From: Gemmatimonadota bacterium
GTDB lineage: Bacteria > Latescibacterota > UBA2968 > UBA8231
NCBI GenBank assembly: GCA_038153405.1
Contig: JAYOYH010000010.1
Coordinates: 31,520 to 95,519, forward strand
DNA length: 64,000 bases
Direction of reading: 5' to 3'
Below are positions 57,710-64,000 of the stretch, piece by piece. The stretch's first letter is position 1. Each line of letters begins with the position of its first letter. The notes under the pieces were generated by a model that had not been told where the DNA came from, ran no database searches, and saw only the letters and a program-made list of their open reading frames with translations. Both the position numbers and the translations under genes were made by a program.

Positions 57710-59610
57710 ACCGCAGACTCTGGCTCAGATGCGGCCCCATGCTCGCCCGTCTCCGACTGGCGCACGGGCTGGCGATCCAACTCTTGGCCAGCGAGCACGC
57801 AATCCAACTCGACGTCGTCGAGCACTTCGTATTCTAAGAGCGCCTGGGCTATGACGTGTAGTTTCTCGGTATTTTCCTTTAATATCTTGGTGGCAGCCGC
57901 TTCGGCTTCCTGCACGAGTCTGCGAATCTCCCCATCGATCGCCTGGGCCGTCTCATCGCTGATCTGGGTATGGCGGGCAAACCCCTTGCCCAAGAAAATC
58001 TCGTCATCACCGCTGGCCAGGGACAGCGGCCCCAGATTTTCATTCATACCCCATTCGCAGATCATCGAACGGGCCAGCGCTGCAACCTGCTTGTAGTCAC
58101 CCTGGGCACCAGTAGAGCGCTCGAAAAAGATAATGCGCTCGGCACAGCACCCACCCAACGCCGTCGCCAAGTGCGCCTTTAGCCGAGTTTCCGTCACCGA
58201 GCGGCGCTCATCGGGCAGAAAGGAGACCATACCCATTGCCTGACCGCGCGGAATAATGGTCGCCTTGCCAATCTGATGGGCTCCCGGCATCAACTTGGCG
58301 ACCAGCGCATGACCGGCTTCGTGGTAGGCCGATAACTTGCGATCTTCCGCGCTCATGACCAAACTGCGCCGTTCTGCACCGAGCATGACCTTATCCTTGG
58401 CATCTTCGAGGTCGGCCGTGTCGACGCACGCGTGGTCGCGCCGCGAGGCCAGCAGAGCCGCCTCATTGATCAAGTTGGCCAAATCGGCACCCGACAGGCC
58501 AGGCGTTCCCTGGGCGATGCGCTTGAGGTCGACCGACTCGTCCAGCGGCACCTTGCGAGCGTGCACCGCGAGAATGCCCTCGCGACCCCGCACGTCGGGC
58601 AGATCGACGACGACGCGTCGATCAAAGCGTCCGGGACGCAGCAGGGCAGGATCGAGCACGTCGGGACGGTTTGTCGCTGCGATTAGGATCACGCCGTCGT
58701 TTGACTCGAATCCGTCCATTTCTACCAGAAGTTGGTTGAGCGTTTGCTCGCGCTCGTCGTGGCCACCGCCGATACCGGCGCCGCGGTGGCGCCCGACGGC
58801 ATCGATTTCGTCAACGAAGATCAGACAAGGCGCGCTGGCCTTGCCCTGTTCGAATAGGTCGCGCACCCGCGAAGCGCCCACACCGACAAACATCTCGACA
58901 AAATCCGAGCCGCTAATGGAGAAAAAGGGCACCCCCGCCTCGCCAGCGACGGCGCGCGCCAAGTGGGTCTTGCCAGTACCGGGTGGACCGACCATGAGAA
59001 CGCCCTTGGGAATGCGCCCACCGAGCCGCTGAAACCGTTGCGGATCGCGCAGAAAGTCGATAATCTCGACCAGTTCTTCTTTTGCCTCATCGGCTCCTGC
59101 CACATCGGCAAAGGTCGTCTGATGCTTGTCTTCGGTGAGCAATTTGGCGCGGCTCTTGCCAAAGGAAAATAGGCCGCGCGGCCCTCCCTGCATCTGGCGC
59201 AGCATAAAGATCCAAAAGGCGATAAAGAGCAGCCAGGGCAGAACGCTAAAGAGCACGCTGTACCACTGGAACGGTTCCTCCTTAAAGCGAAAATCTAGCT
59301 TGTACTCGCGCCATTCGCGCTTGGTCTGCGCATCGATCGGACCGAGGTTGACGACAAAGCGCTGGCCGTTGTTCAGCGTTCCATGAAACGCGCTTTCCCC
59401 GATGATAACGGCCTCAGCAATGCGGCTCTCTTCGAGGTATTCGCGATACTGTCTATACGAAATGATAGGAGCGTCTGACGGCGTGCTATCAAAAAACTTC
59501 GCAGCAAATAGGAGCACCAGAACAAAAAATATCCAAAAGGTTAGCGTGCGCGAGGGGCGGCGCCACAGCCGCGGGCGATCTTCCTCGTCTGTCTGTTTTT
59601 TCTTGTCCAT
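57706..59610 (-). CDS. ftsH: ATP-dependent zinc metalloprotease FtsH
   Basis: Two TM helices, [37 protein letters not shown]. Confidence 0.98.
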   Translation of the reverse strand: MDKKKQTDEEDRPRLWRRPSRTLTFWIFFVLVLLFAAKFFDSTPSDAPIISYRQYREYLEESRIAEAVIIGESAFHGTLNNGQRFVVNLGPIDAQTKREWREYKLDFRFKEEPFQWYSVLFSVLPWLLFIAFWIFMLRQMQGGPRGLFSFGKSRAKLLTEDKHQTTFADVAGADEAKEELVEIIDFLRDPQRFQRLGGRIPKGVLMVGPPGTGKTHLARAVAGEAGVPFFSISGSDFVEMFVGVGASRVRDLFEQGKASAPCLIFVDEIDAVGRHRGAGIGGGHDEREQTLNQLLVEMDGFESNDGVILIAATNRPDVLDPALLRPGRFDRRVVVDLPDVRGREGILAVHARKVPLDESVDLKRIAQGTPGLSGADLANLINEAALLASRRDHACVDTADLEDAKDKVMLGAERRSLVMSAEDRKLSAYHEAGHALVAKLMPGAHQIGKATIIPRGQAMGMVSFLPDERRSVTETRLKAHLATALGGCCAERIIFFERSTGAQGDYKQVAALARSMICEWGMNENLGPLSLASGDDEIFLGKGFARHTQISDETAQAIDGEIRRLVQEAEAAATKILKENTEKLHVIAQALLEYEVLDDVELDCVLAGQELDRQPVRQSETGEHGAASEPESAV

Positions 59611-59631
59611 ACCTGTCTTTTGAAACGGGAT

Positions 59632-61011
59632 CTACTCGTTGGCACTGCATTCGACAACGGCGATACATCGGCTTTCGGGGCCGACGCGGAATACCTCACT
59701 GCTGCGCATCCCAACGACCCAAGCAATGTGCCCGTTGCCCTCCAATACGAGCACTTCGTCGCGCAAGATGCGCGGATGCTTTCGATCGATTAGAAAGTCG
59801 CTGAGTTTCTTCTTCCCCCCCATGCCAAAGGGCTGGAAGCGATCGCCAACGCGCGCCGTGCGCACCAGCGGGCACGCGCCCAGTTTATCGGCATCCAGCG
59901 CAACGCGGGAAGCACCCAATTGAGAGCGTATGCGACCAAAATCCTCAGCCGGCACCAGACGGCACGAAAGGCGCACTCCGCGCTCCGGTATCTCCAGCGC
60001 GCCGGACAGGGGTACCGGCAGCGTCAGTGGGGCGGCGACTCCCTGGCGCAGCAGGAGTTGATCCCGCCAGTATTGGATGCGCAATCCCCTCCCCATATCG
60101 AGCAACCCATCCCTTCGTTCGCGCACCGCTAGGAGAATTCGATCGATCAGAGCAAAATCGATAGGGGCGGGGGAGAGTCGGCCGAGAACGAGCCGTATAA
60201 CGCGCCGCTGCACTGCTATATGATAATCTACAAGACGGGGCACATCAAGGTCTAACTTACCATCACAACCTTTTATGAGAACAGCATTTAGCGCATTTTC
60301 TGCCGCCGTTTCAACAAAGTCGTTTTCCCCGCTTAGAATGGTTGCCGTGCGGTGTAAACCATCTACTATATTTGGATTGTATTCGCGCAAAATCGGCAGC
60401 AGATGCCCGCGCACCCGATTGCGCAAAAAGCGCCAATCGGCGTTCGATAGATCCTCGCGAAAGGGAATGTCGTTTTCTTGCGCATAGGCGGCGATCTCCG
60501 CCCGCGAGACGTCGAGCAATGGACGCAGATAGGTGCCGTCACGCAGCGCCTGCATGCCGCGCAACCCACTGCTGCCGCTGCCGCGCAGCAGGTGCATCAG
60601 CACCGTCTCGGCCTGATCGTCTCTGTGGTGGCCGAGGGCGACTATCGCAGCACCTGCATCGGCGGCCACCTGCGCATATAGGGCATAGCGCGCCGTGCGC
60701 CCCGCCTCTTCGATCGAAACGCCGTTCTGTCGGGCCAGCGCGGCCACCGGGCAGCGCCTGCCAACATAGCGACAGCCACGCTGCGCCGCTTGCGTTGCCA
60801 CAAACTGTGCATCGGCAGCCGACTCATCGCGCAAACCGTGATCGCAGTGCACGACCACGCATTCTGCAACCAAATGACCCAACACATCCAACAGCACCAT
60901 CGAGTCGACCCCACCCGATACGCCGACAACCATTTTCTGGTGGCGTCCAACCCGTGCCCGACGCAGCGCACCGACCACCGCACAGACCACTCGATCACCG
61001 CGCTTAGCCAT
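59632..61011 (-). CDS. tilS: tRNA(Ile)-lysidine synthetase
   Basis: SGGVDS, DHGLR, GHHRDDQAET, RPLL, RNRVR, C-terminal GDRF.PFGM..KKKLSDF; start may be 61038. Confidence 0.95.
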   Translation of the reverse strand: MAKRGDRVVCAVVGALRRARVGRHQKMVVGVSGGVDSMVLLDVLGHLVAECVVVHCDHGLRDESAADAQFVATQAAQRGCRYVGRRCPVAALARQNGVSIEEAGRTARYALYAQVAADAGAAIVALGHHRDDQAETVLMHLLRGSGSSGLRGMQALRDGTYLRPLLDVSRAEIAAYAQENDIPFREDLSNADWRFLRNRVRGHLLPILREYNPNIVDGLHRTATILSGENDFVETAAENALNAVLIKGCDGKLDLDVPRLVDYHIAVQRRVIRLVLGRLSPAPIDFALIDRILLAVRERRDGLLDMGRGLRIQYWRDQLLLRQGVAAPLTLPVPLSGALEIPERGVRLSCRLVPAEDFGRIRSQLGASRVALDADKLGACPLVRTARVGDRFQPFGMGGKKKLSDFLIDRKHPRILRDEVLVLEGNGHIAWVVGMRSSEVFRVGPESRCIAVVECSANE

Positions 61012-61113
61012 ATTGTAGACCAACCTGTCGCCGCGCACACCCGACTCGTGGAACGGATATTGCTATGGCCTGCCTATATCGAATTAACAACGGCCCGTAA
61101 AGGAGCAATAGCA

Positions 61114-61413
61114 ATGGATTCTCCCAAGCTCAAACTGGACACTATACGCGTTCAGACCGCACGCATGATGGAAATATACGCGCTATTGAGAGGAGAACTG
61201 GAAAAAAATACCCTGTTGCTCACTTCGCCCGAAGAGCGCACGCAGCTCAACACGTCTATAGCCATCATACGCACCAATATGCGTCAACTATTGGACGCAT
61301 TGGCGGTCTATCAGCAGCAGCAAGACGACGTAAGCGCAAATGAAGCGCGCAAGTTCGAAGAGCTTCTGCAAGCCGTGCTCGAATGGCATATGGCCAACGC
61401 AGAAGGGGAATGA
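61114..61413 (+). CDS. Small helical hypothetical protein (99 aa)
   Basis: ATG 61114 after SD AAGGAG; fills the gap between tilS and the Fn3 gene; the longer 60790 ORF overlaps tilS. Confidence 0.7.
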   Translation: MDSPKLKLDTIRVQTARMMEIYALLRGELEKNTLLLTSPEERTQLNTSIAIIRTNMRQLLDALAVYQQQQDDVSANEARKFEELLQAVLEWHMANAEGE

Positions 61414-61436
61414 CCCTTCGGCCATTCCCCTTCTGC
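61399..61436. terminator. Hairpin between convergent genes
   Basis: GCAGAAGGGGAATG / CATTCCCCTTCTGC 14-bp perfect inverted repeat. Confidence 0.7.
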
Positions 61437-61459
61437 AACAACACTTCTGCGCTTTTCGC

Positions 61460-64000
61460 TCAGTTCTTCACATCCACCCGCACCGGATCCGTCCAATCGC
61501 TGACGCGATCGTCGACGTCGCGCGCACGCACTCTGTAGTAATAGGTCGTGCCGCGCACCACGGTATTGTCGACGCGCTCCGTGCTCAGCGAGTTTGTTCC
61601 CACATCGGTATAGTCAGCATCACTCGTGCTGTTGGCCACAGTCGTGCGCTGCACCTCATAGTGCAAAATCGCGCCGTCTGACTTGGTCCAGGCAATGGTG
61701 ACTTCCGGCGGCAGCGCTGCATCAGAAGGCGTCGACGCCGATATGCGCACATTGGTTGGCTTGACCACTCCGCTGGTAATCGCGGCGATCGTCGTCGAGC
61801 GCGCGCTGATATTGCCCACCTGATCAATCGCCTCGATTTGATAGTAATAGGTCGTGACGGAAGCCAACCCCGTGTCCTGATAGGTCGTCGCCGTCACAGT
61901 GGCAATTAGCGAAAACGGACCGCTGCTGGCACTGGAGCGATAGATCGAGTAGCTCTCCAAGCCCGTCAATTCGCCTCCGTTGGAATCGGTCGTCGGCGCC
62001 TTCCAGCTAAGGCTGATCCGCTCCGGATCGCCGTTTACCGGATCGCCCTTCACCAGCGACGGAGCCGACGGTGCGCGGTCGTCCGCATCCACCGTTGCGC
62101 CGACAAAAGACGACTGGCTGCTCTCGCCCTCGCTCGTCACCGTAGAGACCCGATAAAAATAGGTCGCACTGCCAGCCAGATTCGAATCGACATAGGCCGT
62201 CTGACCGGTCGAGTACGCAGTCCCTTCGACGCCGGTCAAGCGCGTATAGCCCCCGTCCGAACGCGGCGAGCGATATACGTTGTAGCCGAGTAAGCCGTCG
62301 TCACCGCTGGCCGACCAAGATATGGTAATTTTGCGAATACCAGCCGTCGCCGAAACGCCGGTCGGCGTGTCGATACCAGACGTCTTGGCAAATGCCGTAG
62401 CTGAACGGGCACTTGAATTGCCGACGTCATCCATTGCGCGCAGAGCATAATAATACACAGTCGATCCTTCGAGACCGGCGCTATCGACGTAGCGATTATC
62501 GTTTGCGCTGATCGTATCAATCGGCGCAAACGACGCATTGTCTCCCTTAGAGCGCAGGATCACATAGGAGGCCAAACCGGTCAAACTGCCGCCGTCGGCA
62601 TCGCGCGTAGGAGGCGTCCAACTGATCGTTATCTGAGCCGTGGCGGCAGCCGCCACAGCCACCAGGTCTGCCGGAGATTCCGGTGCAATTTGGTCCGGGC
62701 CGCCCGTCTGCACAGAGACCGTACTGGCGCGGCTGCTCTCGTTGCCGCTCTCGTCCAGCGCACTTACCGTGTAGGCATATGCCGTCAGCGACTCAAGGCC
62801 CGCGTCGATATACTGGCGCACATTGGCATCCAGCGTATCGATGGGCACAAAGGAAGCCGTTCCGCCTTCTGAGCGGAAGACGACATAGCGGCTCAGCCCC
62901 GTCAGTTCGTTGCCGTCGACGTCGCGCGAGGGCGCATTCCAGCTCAGCGACACCCGGCCGAAGTCAACTTCGTCGGCCACCGCTGAAAGATTCTGCGGCG
63001 CGCTCGGAGCGACCAAGTCCGGCCCTTCGGTGCGCACCTGTACCGACTGCGCGCGCCCGCTCTCGTTGCCCGCTTCATCCACCGCCGACACCGTGTAATA
63101 ATACGTCGTCAGCTCATCGAGCCCCGTGTCCACATACTGGCGCACATTGGCATCCAGCGTATCGACCGCGACGAATGAATTGGTGCTGCCCTTTGAACGG
63201 AAGACGATATAATGGGCTAAATCGGTCAGCAGGTCGTTGTTGGCATCGCGCGAGGGCGCACTCCAGCTCAGCGACACCCGGCCGAAGTCAACTTCGTCGG
63301 CCACCGCTGAAAGATTCTGCGGCGCGGCCGGGGCCACTCGATCGGCGCCCTCTGTCACCACCTGCACCGGCTGCGCGCGCGCGCTCTCATTGCCCGAATC
63401 ATCCACCGCCGACACCGTATAGTAATACGTAGTTAATTCATCCAAGCCCGTATCGACATACTCCCGCGTGGACGCGTCAAGCGCGGCAATGGCCTGAAAC
63501 GAACTCGCCCCCCCCTTGGAGCGAAACACCGCATAGCCATCCAACCCCGTCAGGTCGCCGCCATCGGCATCGCGCGTCGGCGCGCTCCAACTAATGACCA
63601 CCCGACCAAAGTCCGCTTCGTCGGCTACGGCCGCAAGGTTTTGCGGCGAGGCCGGCGATACGCGATCCGCTCCTTCGGTCCGCACCTGCACCGACTGCGC
63701 GCGCGTGCTCTCATTGCCGGCGACATCGACCGCGGAAACGGTGTAGTGATAGGTCGTCAATTCATCTAAACCCGTGTCGACATACTCGCGCGCATCGACG
63801 CCCACCGTATCGATAGCCACAAAAGAACTCGTGCTATCCTTTGCGCGGAAAACGATATAGGCATTCAAATCCGTGAGCTGATTACCATTGGCCTCAAGCG
63901 TTGGCGCGCTCCAGCTGAGCGTCACCTGACCCAAATCCGCTTCGCCGGCCACCGCCGAAAGATTCTGCGGTGCGGCCGGGGCTACCTGGTCGGGGCCCTC
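61460..64000 (-). CDS. Fibronectin type III repeat surface protein, 5' end outside the window
   Basis: Frame is open to 64000; at least 8 Fn3 domains (AP.NL.A...LSW.AP...Y.VFRS...YVDTGL..LTTY.Y.VSAVD..GNES). Confidence 0.92.
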   Translation of the reverse strand, partial: EGPDQVAPAAPQNLSAVAGEADLGQVTLSWSAPTLEANGNQLTDLNAYIVFRAKDSTSSFVAIDTVGVDAREYVDTGLDELTTYHYTVSAVDVAGNESTRAQSVQVRTEGADRVSPASPQNLAAVADEADFGRVVISWSAPTRDADGGDLTGLDGYAVFRSKGGASSFQAIAALDASTREYVDTGLDELTTYYYTVSAVDDSGNESARAQPVQVVTEGADRVAPAAPQNLSAVADEVDFGRVSLSWSAPSRDANNDLLTDLAHYIVFRSKGSTNSFVAVDTLDANVRQYVDTGLDELTTYYYTVSAVDEAGNESGRAQSVQVRTEGPDLVAPSAPQNLSAVADEVDFGRVSLSWNAPSRDVDGNELTGLSRYVVFRSEGGTASFVPIDTLDANVRQYIDAGLESLTAYAYTVSALDESGNESSRASTVSVQTGGPDQIAPESPADLVAVAAAATAQITISWTPPTRDADGGSLTGLASYVILRSKGDNASFAPIDTISANDNRYVDSAGLEGSTVYYYALRAMDDVGNSSARSATAFAKTSGIDTPTGVSATAGIRKITISWSASGDDGLLGYNVYRSPRSDGGYTRLTGVEGTAYSTGQTAYVDSNLAGSATYFYRVSTVTSEGESSQSSFVGATVDADDRAPSAPSLVKGDPVNGDPERISLSWKAPTTDSNGGELTGLESYSIYRSSASSGPFSLIATVTATTYQDTGLASVTTYYYQIEAIDQVGNISARSTTIAAITSGVVKPTNVRISASTPSDAALPPEVTIAWTKSDGAILHYEVQRTTVANSTSDADYTDVGTNSLSTERVDNTVVRGTTYYYRVRARDVDDRVSDWTDPVRVDVKN
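62370..64000 (-). repeat. Intragenic tandem repeat with a 324-bp (108-aa) period
   Basis: For example, 62922-63002 matches 63246-63326 with one mismatch, and 62810-62841 matches 63134-63165. Confidence 0.9.

Noticed and set aside
57164..59032. Long plus-strand ORFs opposite folP and ftsH (and similar ones opposite ppdK, ligA and argD)
   Set aside because: Antisense ORFs expected at high GC, with no recognisable motifs.
60790..61113. N-terminal part of the 207-aa plus-strand ORF
   Set aside because: It overlaps tilS on the opposite strand. The SD supports ATG 61114.

Overview
A ~60% GC bacterial chromosomal segment with about 50 genes. I found no rRNA, tRNA, CRISPR array, prophage or transposase. 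The secreted-protein style (FlgD/T9SS-like C-terminal domains, a 'TxV[ED]xx[ST]WG[RK]IK' tail, a TonB receptor) suggests a diderm of the FCB superphylum, probably Latescibacterota-like; this is inference only. The left 20 kb is one minus-strand envelope region. It holds a four-gene module of large uncharacterised secreted proteins behind a near-consensus promoter and long structured leader. Upstream of that module lie lipoproteins, a GT-C glycosyltransferase, an acyltransferase, larA, galU and an acyl-CoA ligase. The remainder is mostly housekeeping (ilvBN, ppdK, parAB, larB, mobA, ctaB/cyoE, ligA, argRBDH, cdaA-folP-ftsH-tilS). It is interspersed with tandem paralogous catabolic enzymes (two M19 dipeptidases, two enolase-superfamily proteins), a FapA protein with triplicated N-domains and a truncated Fn3-repeat surface protein. 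The best candidates for an undescribed system are the 1-8.8 kb secreted module and the shared C-terminal WG[RK]IK motif, a putative sorting or anchoring signal. All product calls come from motif recognition by eye; no database search was run.
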